From Candidatus Electrothrix sp. GW3-4 (GTDB taxonomy: Bacteria; Desulfobacterota; Desulfobulbia; Desulfobulbales; Desulfobulbaceae): a DNA stretch of 32,000 nucleotides. Under the pieces are notes generated by a model that was not told the DNA's origin, ran no database searches, and saw only the letters and a list, made by a program, of their open reading frames with translations. Position numbers and translations under genes: made by a program. The stretch spans positions 4,380,001-4,412,000 of the forward strand of contig NZ_CP147990.1 of assembly GCF_037902255.1 (NCBI RefSeq). The letters are read 5' to 3'. Shown one piece after another: positions 24,933 to 32,000 of the stretch; position 1 is the first letter of the stretch; each line of letters opens with the position of its first letter.

Positions 24933-26227
24933 TGGTGAAGCTCTGGGCCGCTGTAAGCAAGGAACTCCTGCTCCTCTGGCGGGATCGGGCAGGTCTGGCT
25001 GTCCTCTTTCTCATGCCGGTTATCCTGGTGGTGGCCATCACCCTGGTGCAAAAAAACGTTATGGAGTTGACCGGGCAGAGCAAGGCCCGGTTGCTCATGG
25101 CAGATCTGGACAAAGGCTCCTTGGGCAAGGCTTTATCTGCCTCTTTAGAGGAGGGCCATGTTGCGGTTATCTGCCAGGATGGTGAGGAAACAGGGCTAGA
25201 GGATATTCGGGCCGCAGTCCTGGAGGGTGATTTTCAGGTCGGCATCGTCGTTCCTGCTGGTTCTTCAAAGCGTCTGTACGAGGAGGCCACAGCCCTCTTT
25301 ACCGAGAGTGAGCAGGTTGCCCTGGAGGGCAAGCTCGCTCAGATTCCTATTTTTCTTTTTTTTGATCCAGCGGTAATGCCCGGTTTTCGCACCGGCCTAA
25401 CTGCCCAGCTGCGGATGGCCCTGGAACGGGTGGCCATGCAGGCCAAGGTCGAGCAGCTGCAAAGGGAATTGGCAGAACAGACCAATATCATGCTCCCCTG
25501 GCCCGTTGCCGCAGGGCCCTCAGGAAAGCGTATCGCAACCGTTTTTGATCAATCTTTATTTGAGATCACCGATCCCGCTTCTTCCGAATCTTCAGGACAG
25601 GAAAAGGAGGCCTCGGAGTATAACCCAGTGCAACAGAACGTACCGGCCTGGGCCCTCTTTGGTATTTTTTTTACGTCTATTCCCATTGCAGGCGGTCTCC
25701 TGCAGGAGCGAAGGAGCGGTATCCAACTTCGCCTGAGCACCCTGCCGGTCTCGACCGTTCTCCTTCTCACTGCCAAGGTCCTGGCCTATCTGGCGGTTTG
25801 TTGTTGCCAGTTTTTCCTGATTACCCTGATCGGGGCCCATCTCTTTCCCCTCCTGGATCTTCCGGCCTTTTCCCTGGGATCGAATTTCCTGCCCCTCCTC
25901 ATCGTTATCCTGTTGACTGGTCTGGCTGCCTGCGGTTACGGTATTTTTCTAGGAACCGCCTGCCGGACCTATGAACAGGCATCCACCCTGGGATCAACCA
26001 CAGTTGTGGCAGCTGCAGCCATCGGCGGGGTGATGGTACCGGTCTATGCCATGCCCCAGATCATGCAGCGGCTCAGTATTCTCTCTCCTTTAAACTGGGG
26101 CCTGACCGCCTTTCATGATATCCTCTTACGAGGTGATTCGCTGGTCAGGGTAGGGGATGATCTGCTTCGCCTGGGATGTTTTTTTCTTTTGACCGTCCTG
26201 CTGGCCTGGAAACTGACCCGTCCCTAA
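24929..26227 (+). CDS. ABC-2-type transporter permease
   Basis: The protein is 432 aa. One N-terminal TM is followed by a soluble loop of about 200 aa and then five to six C-terminal TM helices, as is typical of ABC-2 membrane proteins. It is translationally coupled to the ATPase. Confidence 0.8.
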   Translation: MMVKLWAAVSKELLLLWRDRAGLAVLFLMPVILVVAITLVQKNVMELTGQSKARLLMADLDKGSLGKALSASLEEGHVAVICQDGEETGLEDIRAAVLEGDFQVGIVVPAGSSKRLYEEATALFTESEQVALEGKLAQIPIFLFFDPAVMPGFRTGLTAQLRMALERVAMQAKVEQLQRELAEQTNIMLPWPVAAGPSGKRIATVFDQSLFEITDPASSESSGQEKEASEYNPVQQNVPAWALFGIFFTSIPIAGGLLQERRSGIQLRLSTLPVSTVLLLTAKVLAYLAVCCCQFFLITLIGAHLFPLLDLPAFSLGSNFLPLLIVILLTGLAACGYGIFLGTACRTYEQASTLGSTTVVAAAAIGGVMVPVYAMPQIMQRLSILSPLNWGLTAFHDILLRGDSLVRVGDDLLRLGCFFLLTVLLAWKLTRP

Positions 26228-26285
26228 GCGCTCAAGGTCAGGCAAGGCTTGGCAAGGGACTCCTTTTAACGGTATAATGTGAAGT

Positions 26286-26564
26286 ATGATAACTAACGCC
26301 TTTGAAAAAGAACTGTTTGATTTGATTTGTACAACCTGCAAACTGGATGATATTGACCCGGACACAGTTGCCAATACCGATCCTTTGATTGGGCCGGAGT
26401 CACCCCTGGGCATTGATTCCATTGATGCCCTGGAAATCGCGGTGACTGTACAGCGGGAATATGGCGTGCGCATGGATTCGGAAAATACCAGCAGGACGGT
26501 CCTGCAATCTTTAGCCACCCTGGCTGAGTATATCCGGCAAAGCGATGGAGCAGGAGAGCGATGA
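26286..26564 (+). CDS. Acyl-carrier-protein-like phosphopantetheine-binding protein
   Basis: The 92-aa acidic protein carries the carrier-protein motif LGIDSIDALEI, with Ser as the attachment site. The ATGA overlap at 26561-26564 joins it to the next gene. Confidence 0.8.
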   Translation: MITNAFEKELFDLICTTCKLDDIDPDTVANTDPLIGPESPLGIDSIDALEIAVTVQREYGVRMDSENTSRTVLQSLATLAEYIRQSDGAGER

Positions 26565-27862
26565 AGATTCTGCTTGTCAACCCACCCAATTGCGGACGCA
26601 GCATCCCGGAAGAACGCTACGGGATCACTTCTGTCAAACAGATTTTTCGGGGCGAGCCCCTTGCCCTGGAGGAGTTGGCAGGAAACCTGCTGGAGCACGA
26701 TGTTCGTATCCTGGATCTGAAGGCGGAGCCGGAGGACCTAGAATCTATGTTGGCAGAGTTCCAACCCGATCTGGTGGGTATCACCGGTTTGACCTGTGAG
26801 GCAAATACCATGCTTTTTCTTGCTGGGCAGGTCAAAGCGCATGGTCAGCCCTTGGTGGTCGTGGGCGGGATTCACGCCAGTAATGATCCGGCCTTTTTCA
26901 ATCAGGCAACCATTGATTATATTATTGTTGGCTTGGGCAAGAGAACCTTTGCTGAGCTCATTGCCTGTCTGCTCAGCGAGGAAGAGGTTGTCATCCCCGG
27001 TGTCATTGCCACCAATCCAGGTGGGGAAATCCAGGTGCCGGACTATCGCTGTTATCGCTACACAGCTGCTGATATTATGGAGGAACTGCCCCCGGCTTAT
27101 GACAAGGTAGCGCAATACCGTTCCCATTATATCCTGGAAAAGCTCAAGGTGACCATGGGCTTTGTCGCCTCGGCCTATGGCTGTCCCCATCGTTGCTCCT
27201 TTTGCTCCATTAAGGGCCAGACCCATGGCAGGTACCTGACTAAGTCCATTGCTGCGGTGTTGCGGGAGATCCAACTCCTGCCCGATATCCCGGTGATCCG
27301 CTTGGTAGATGCCAATACCTTTGGCGATATTGAGCGGGCCAGGGCCTTAGCTGAGGCCTTGAAGGACTCAGGGCTGCGTAAACAATACCTTGCTGATATC
27401 CGTTCTGATACCGTTGTCCGTTATCCAGACTTGCTCAAGAGTTGGAAAGAGGCCGGGCTGCGAGCCGTGGTCATCGGTTTTGAGGAAATAGATGATCAGC
27501 GGCTGACCGCCATGAACAAGGCCAATCGGGCAGATATCAATACAGAGGCTGTGGCTGTGCTCAAGGAGCTGGGGATCACCGTAGTAGGCGATTTCATCAT
27601 TGACCCTCAATATGAGGAAAAGGATTTTCTTCGCCTTGATGCCTATCTTGAGAAGGTCCAGATTGATTTACCCATGATTACGGTGATGACACCGCTGCCA
27701 GGCACTGAACTCTATCAACAGCAGCAGGATCGGATCATCAATCATGATCTTGATTATTACACCCTGACCAATGCCGTCACTGCAACGCGGCTGGCGGAAA
27801 AGGAATTCTATACATTTTATGCGGAGCTTATCCGAAAAAGTCATGAGCATGCGAAGATATAA
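26561..27862 (+). CDS. B12-binding-domain radical SAM enzyme (class B rSAM)
   Basis: The N-terminus MKILLVNPP...VGITGLT...VVVGGIHAS is typical of the B12-binding domain. The CxxxCxxC cluster is YGCPHRCSFCS. The RBS AGGAGAG precedes the ATG. Confidence 0.88.
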   Translation: MKILLVNPPNCGRSIPEERYGITSVKQIFRGEPLALEELAGNLLEHDVRILDLKAEPEDLESMLAEFQPDLVGITGLTCEANTMLFLAGQVKAHGQPLVVVGGIHASNDPAFFNQATIDYIIVGLGKRTFAELIACLLSEEEVVIPGVIATNPGGEIQVPDYRCYRYTAADIMEELPPAYDKVAQYRSHYILEKLKVTMGFVASAYGCPHRCSFCSIKGQTHGRYLTKSIAAVLREIQLLPDIPVIRLVDANTFGDIERARALAEALKDSGLRKQYLADIRSDTVVRYPDLLKSWKEAGLRAVVIGFEEIDDQRLTAMNKANRADINTEAVAVLKELGITVVGDFIIDPQYEEKDFLRLDAYLEKVQIDLPMITVMTPLPGTELYQQQQDRIINHDLDYYTLTNAVTATRLAEKEFYTFYAELIRKSHEHAKI

Positions 27863-27865
27863 AGG

Positions 27866-29002
27866 ATGAATGCGTTTATAACAGCGGTTTCTGCCTTTCT
27901 GCCCGGTGAACCGGTGGGAAATGATGCCCTGGATGCGTATCTGGGAAAGACAGACAGGATATCGGCCAGGACCCGACAGATGATCTTGGCTGGCAACGGT
28001 ATTCAAACCAGATATTATGCCATTGATCCGGCAACAGGGGAAACCACCTTTACCAATGCCCGCCTGGCAGCCGAGGCCGTGCGCGCTTTAGGGATTGATA
28101 TAGAAAAACTGGAATGCCTCTGTTGCGGTACTTCTTCAGCGGATCAGCTTATGCCTGGCCATGCCTCAATGGTACATGGCGAGCTAGGAGGAGGGCCCTG
28201 CGAGGTTATCTCCACCAGCGGGATTTGCCTGAGTGGAATTACTGCAATGAAGTACGCAGCCCTGTCTGTGGCCTTGGGCATGAGCACCGCAGTGGCCACC
28301 GGATCGGAACTGGCTTGCACCTATATGCATCAGGATTTCTTTCAAGCTGCGGCTGAGAAAAAACAAAAAGACAATGGTGAAAAACAGCGCCATCCAGCCT
28401 TCTCTTTTGAAGCAGATTTTCTTCGTTGGATGCTTTCTGATGGGGCAGGGGCTGTACTCATTGAGCCCGAGCCTGCAACGGGGCAATTGAGTTTGCAGAT
28501 TGACTGGATTGAGCTGACTTCTCATGCCCATGACTTGGAAACCTGTATGTACGCTGGTGCTCTCAAACAGGAAGATGGTAGCCTTGTGGGATGGCGGGAG
28601 TATCTGCGAGCTGGTCGCCAAGACGGGATTTTTACAGTGAAACAGGATGCCCGTTTACTGAACCGTGAGATAATCAGAGTTATAGTGGAAGAGAGCCTTT
28701 CGCTCGTTATTTCCCGGCATGGCCTTAAACCTGAAAGTATTGATTGGTACCTCCCCCATTATTCATCGGAATTTTTTCGGGAACCACTTAAAGAGGGACT
28801 TCGGGATATCGGTTTTCCTTTGCCCGAGGAAAAATGGTTTACCAATCTCCACACCAAGGGCAATACCGGATCAGCCTCATTCTACATTATGCTGGAAGAA
28901 CTTTTCTCTTCAGGAAAACTGCGGGCGGGAGACCGCATTCTTGGGATGATCCCGGAAAGTGGCAGGTTTTCTGTGGGCTGGGTGCTGTTGACAGTCGTAT
29001 GA
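27866..29002 (+). CDS. KAS-III (FabH)-like ketosynthase / thiolase-fold condensing enzyme
   Basis: A Cys-His-Asn triad is inferred from TSGICLSGITAMKYA (Cys), LPHYSS (His) and HTKGNTGSASFYIML (Asn; compare the GNTSAAS motif of FabH). The start is 3 nt after the rSAM stop. Confidence 0.85.
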   Translation: MNAFITAVSAFLPGEPVGNDALDAYLGKTDRISARTRQMILAGNGIQTRYYAIDPATGETTFTNARLAAEAVRALGIDIEKLECLCCGTSSADQLMPGHASMVHGELGGGPCEVISTSGICLSGITAMKYAALSVALGMSTAVATGSELACTYMHQDFFQAAAEKKQKDNGEKQRHPAFSFEADFLRWMLSDGAGAVLIEPEPATGQLSLQIDWIELTSHAHDLETCMYAGALKQEDGSLVGWREYLRAGRQDGIFTVKQDARLLNREIIRVIVEESLSLVISRHGLKPESIDWYLPHYSSEFFREPLKEGLRDIGFPLPEEKWFTNLHTKGNTGSASFYIMLEELFSSGKLRAGDRILGMIPESGRFSVGWVLLTVV

Positions 29003-29070
29003 GATGGATGTTGCATCGTATATGCAACAGGGCTCTTGTGGTAGGTAAAGAGTATCCGTATGGGCGAGAG

Positions 29071-29119
29071 ACCAGGAAGGGCCTTCCGGGTACAGGAGGT
29101 GTTTTTTTGTCTTTTTTCT
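29071..29119 (+). terminator. Hairpin(s) followed by a long T-rich tract downstream of the KAS-III-like gene
   Basis: accaggaagg-g-ccttccgggt is an imperfect palindrome, with an alternative pairing CCTTC...GGAGG. The tract tgtttttttgtcttttttc follows at 29100-29119. The stem geometry is ambiguous. Confidence 0.4.
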
Positions 29120-29419
29120 TGCTATCCCGATGAAAGGGCGTGGAAAGCTTTTTGTTGTACGGTTTGTACGTGGACGTGCTAATGCTTGGTATTGTTTTTG
29201 CAAGGACCTCTCTGGGGTATTAAAGAGCTCCCTGCTTTTTAGGCCTCAAGGAGCATGCATTCTGTTCTGATACATTGCGTTGCATAGTGGGATGAAGAGA
29301 GTTGTTAGAGGATTGATAAAAGTGTATATGAGAATGTTTACGCTCGTTATATTATTAGGTTGGAGCGACGATTCTCTTCATCAAAAGACTCTGAGGCATG
29401 AATTAGAATAGAACCAGTT

Positions 29420-30229
29420 GTGAAATCAGATAGGATGCATGACGGCGTTAAACGTTTTTTGAGAAAAATAGGCATGGTTCTTCGCGCCTGCCTATCGCGG
29501 CTCAGCCCTTCTAAGGAAGCTTGCTGCTCAGCAGATTCCTATACCGTAGTTGCACCGGTCAGTATGGTCAGGGTTGGGGGACATCGTTACTCGCAACGGG
29601 TGCATATCCTCGTCTATGGCCAAATTGATCCTCCAGATCCCGAGGTTGAAGTCCAGGTAACCTTTCAAAGTCATCAGCTGGATCTTGACTCCAGTGGTCA
29701 GGCCCGGCCGGTAACAACCTTGACTGATCAGGCAGGTGAGTTTGTTGTTGATGAAAATTTTATCTGTGGCCCACAGGTGAAATTTATCACCAGTGTTACC
29801 TCCCTTCCCGGCATTGATGCCCCAACAGTTATCGCCTCCTTACCTTTAGAAAAAGAAACAGAGGGTGGCTCGAAAAAATGTGACTCCCGGGAACCCAAAG
29901 AGCCATTACCTCCGGCCACGATTACCATTGATTTTGAATCACATTGCCAACGCGAGGTTACCTATTGGTTTGAAAATCCCTATAAGAAAGGAACCATCTC
30001 ACGGACCACGGAAATTGCCTATTGTCCAACAGGTTCCTCTGCGCTGTATCTTAAACTCTGTCCTTATAAGGAGAAACATGCGAGTATCATAGATGTTTTT
30101 ACGACGACTGAGGAGCATCCTGTCCCCCGCTATCAACGAGTGCATCCAGCAAGAACGGATGAAGAATTCACCCGTATTGCCATATTCGGTCCTGATGCAA
30201 CATTGAAGTCTGCCCTCATTCTTGTGTAA
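29420..30229 (+). CDS. Hypothetical protein (no family recognised)
   Basis: A 269-aa ORF starting at GTG; alternative ATG starts are at 29435 and 29474, and none has a strong SD. The central part looks beta-rich. I saw no recognisable motifs. Confidence 0.55.
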   Translation: MKSDRMHDGVKRFLRKIGMVLRACLSRLSPSKEACCSADSYTVVAPVSMVRVGGHRYSQRVHILVYGQIDPPDPEVEVQVTFQSHQLDLDSSGQARPVTTLTDQAGEFVVDENFICGPQVKFITSVTSLPGIDAPTVIASLPLEKETEGGSKKCDSREPKEPLPPATITIDFESHCQREVTYWFENPYKKGTISRTTEIAYCPTGSSALYLKLCPYKEKHASIIDVFTTTEEHPVPRYQRVHPARTDEEFTRIAIFGPDATLKSALILV

Positions 30230-30425
30230 CCGAATAGTTTTCTTTGTTTTCCCTTTTGTTTTTTCTGTAAACAGGATAAATTTTGAATCGTTATTCAAAA
30301 TATCGGACAGGATAAGACAGAAGAGCGGATTCTGTGTCCAGGAAAGGCGCATCGAATACATCGGCTGGTTATATTCTGTTGTGAATCTCCGCCTCATCCT
30401 CTTGTTGTTGAGTTAAGCAGGGACC

Positions 30426-31205
30426 ATGGATGCAACTAATCGTATACTTTGCCCGATTCCAGACGACGAACGAACCCCGTTTGTTGATGTCTTGTTGAAG
30501 TTTATTGACTGGCAGAAGGTGCGTATTGACAACGCAGAAGAGGAGAATGAGCGGCTGCAAAAGGAGATTAACAAGCTGCAAAAGCAAGCGCTCAGTGAGA
30601 GAGAGCAAAGACCCTTTAAGAGCATTGCCAACAAGAAGATAAAAAGAATACCAAAGCGCAGCAAGGTTTTTGCCCCTATCAAAATCCAGCAACAGGACCC
30701 TGTAAAACCGGAAAACGTACAGCAGTTGTTGGTAAAGAATATTCAACAACTGCTGGTGAGTATCGGCAGTAAAAACAAGCGCCAATTCACTCGGCTACAT
30801 ATTCATTTAGATGCTAATTTGGATTTTGGCGCACAGCGCTATTACAGACATGCTGTAGAGAATATCAGTCTTGGCGGCCTTTATGTGCGGGGAGATTTTA
30901 AGCAGCAGTTGGGGGATATTTGTACAATCAGTCTCAATCAGTCAGAACTTGACGCTACTCTTGAGATTCACGCCACCTGTTCAGTGATCAGGAGCAGCGA
31001 ACAGGGGATAGGGCTTGAGTTTATCTCTATGAAACTGGATGATTTTTGTCATTTGCAAACCGTTCTTCTCTATCAGGCCGATGATCCTTTTGTTCTGGGG
31101 ACGGAATTTGTCAATAATATGAACCTGGAATTGGAAAACGACCTCATCTTATGTAAGGCCTTTCATTTTCATCGAGATAGGGACGTAGAAAGGGGCGTTG
31201 GCTGA
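30426..31205 (+). CDS. PilZ-domain protein (predicted c-di-GMP receptor) with an N-terminal coiled-coil/basic region
   Basis: The PilZ signatures are RQFTR (RxxxR) followed by ENISLGG (D/N-x-S-x-x-G) about 26 aa later. The N-terminal region is a heptad-like stretch, EEENERLQKEINKLQKQALSEREQ. Confidence 0.75.
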   Translation: MDATNRILCPIPDDERTPFVDVLLKFIDWQKVRIDNAEEENERLQKEINKLQKQALSEREQRPFKSIANKKIKRIPKRSKVFAPIKIQQQDPVKPENVQQLLVKNIQQLLVSIGSKNKRQFTRLHIHLDANLDFGAQRYYRHAVENISLGGLYVRGDFKQQLGDICTISLNQSELDATLEIHATCSVIRSSEQGIGLEFISMKLDDFCHLQTVLLYQADDPFVLGTEFVNNMNLELENDLILCKAFHFHRDRDVERGVG

Positions 31206-31220
31206 AACCTGTTCTTTTTT

Positions 31221-31847
31221 TTACCAGCTTGTCTGCTCAATCCCCTTTTGTCCGTTGTTGGCTTCCTGTTCTGCCAGCAGCCTGACCACGGTCTTGTTGA
31301 ACAGGGGATGCGTAAGCTGCGGCCCAATCTCTGCCAACGGAACCAGCACGAACAGCCGCTCATGCATTGCCGGATGGGGGAGGACGAGCCGTTCGGTCTG
31401 CCTGATACAGTCATCATAGAGGAGGAGATCAAGGTCCAGGGTCCTGTCCTGATAGCCTTCCAGTTCTGGATGCCGGACCCTGCCAAATTGCTGCTCTGTT
31501 GCCAGGAGGAGATCCAGGAGGGCCTCTGGAGACAGTGCCGTCTGCAGCCGTCCCACGGCATTGATAAACCAATGGTCGCTCTCCATGCCCATTGGCCGGG
31601 TGCGATAGGGCGAAGAAAGGGTCTGGAGGCTGATCAAGGGATGCTGATCAAGGGCCTGCCAGGCCTCCCGCAGCAGGCTGCGGGAGTTGCCAAGATTGGA
31701 GCCAAGGCCGATGGAGGCGGAATGGGAAAAGGGAATGCTGTTCATGAACAGGTTCGGAGAAAGCTGGGCGTATTTATCCTGAAAGGGGCTCAGAGGCCTA
31801 CCTGAAAAATGAGAATATTTTGTGAAGGAGGCCCTTATGTTCCTCAT
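31221..31847 (-). CDS. folK: 2-amino-4-hydroxy-6-hydroxymethyldihydropteridine diphosphokinase (HPPK)
   Basis: The sequence IGLGSNLGN...L...SSPYRTRPMG......WFINAV.......SPEALLDLLLATEQQFGRVR...GYQDRTLDLDLLLYDD...LVLPHPAMHERLFVLVPLAEI matches HPPK. The start is uncertain. ATG 31847 is preceded by GGAGGAAG, but using it would overlap a possible upstream ORF. ATG 31745 gives a canonical 174-aa length but has no SD. Confidence 0.88.
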   Translation of the reverse strand: MRNIRASFTKYSHFSGRPLSPFQDKYAQLSPNLFMNSIPFSHSASIGLGSNLGNSRSLLREAWQALDQHPLISLQTLSSPYRTRPMGMESDHWFINAVGRLQTALSPEALLDLLLATEQQFGRVRHPELEGYQDRTLDLDLLLYDDCIRQTERLVLPHPAMHERLFVLVPLAEIGPQLTHPLFNKTVVRLLAEQEANNGQKGIEQTSW

Positions 31848-32000
31848 GCTCCTCTGCTTCCTCCACCTCAGGTTCTTGTGACCTATCAGGCCCAGCCTGT
31901 TGCACCTCTTGTTCCGGTGTGCTCACTTTCGCTTTTGGGGCGCCTTCTGATGAAGGTTTTTCCAGAAAAACGATTTCAACCGCTGTTTCGCTTTTTTGGG
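31798..32000 (-). CDS. Possible 3' end of an upstream minus-strand gene (acidic, low-complexity tail), cut by the window edge
   Basis: The frame is open from the window end to TAG (plus strand cta, 31798-31800). It translates as ...EIVFLEKPSSEGAPKAKVSTPEQEVQQAGPDRSQEPEVEEAEEHEEHKGLLHKIFSFFR*. No domain is recognisable. The ORF track does not list it because no start lies within the window. Confidence 0.3.
   Translation of the reverse strand, partial: QKSETAVEIVFLEKPSSEGAPKAKVSTPEQEVQQAGPDRSQEPEVEEAEEHEEHKGLLHKIFSFFR

Noticed and set aside
26126-26698. A 190-aa minus-strand ORF bridging the permease, ACP and rSAM genes
   Set aside because: It is antisense to three well-supported, translationally coupled plus-strand genes and shows no motifs.

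Overview
This window comes from a diderm (Gram-negative) bacterium; the taxon cannot be verified from sequence alone. Composition is mosaic: hand-counted 60-nt lines give about 52-68% G+C in the core genes and about 27-35% in three AT-rich accessory stretches. In order, the window contains:
- two tandem paralogous MMPL/HpnN-like RND exporters (the first cut by the window edge), with a translationally coupled LolA-like lipoprotein-sorting protein;
- a 1298-aa hybrid sensor kinase (double-Cache/HAMP/PAS/GAF/PAS/HK/REC);
- a YhhW-type pirin and a type-II P-type cation ATPase, followed by a decayed ghost of the ATPase's own 3' end;
- an AT-rich two-gene cassette: a PIN-GNAT-PUA(ASCH-like) fusion plus an ASCH-P-loop kinase;
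- an array of 8 degenerate ~21-bp tandem repeats;
- a DUF1302-like outer-membrane barrel;
- two Hsp20 genes (one with a signal peptide) and an hsp20 ghost;
- an AT-rich minus-strand block: a hypothetical membrane protein, then a REC-TIR response regulator, a zinc-ribbon protein and a small OM beta-barrel;
- about 1 kb with no convincing gene;
- an ABC-2 exporter followed by ACP, a B12-binding radical-SAM enzyme and a KAS-III-like enzyme;
- a hypothetical protein, a PilZ protein and folK.
No rRNA, tRNA, CRISPR array, transposase or integrase was recognised. The best candidate for an undescribed system is the PIN-GNAT-PUA + ASCH-kinase cassette (13960-16408). The REC-TIR operon and the ACP/rSAM/KAS-III cassette are secondary leads. 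All domain calls come from motif reading by eye, not from database searches.
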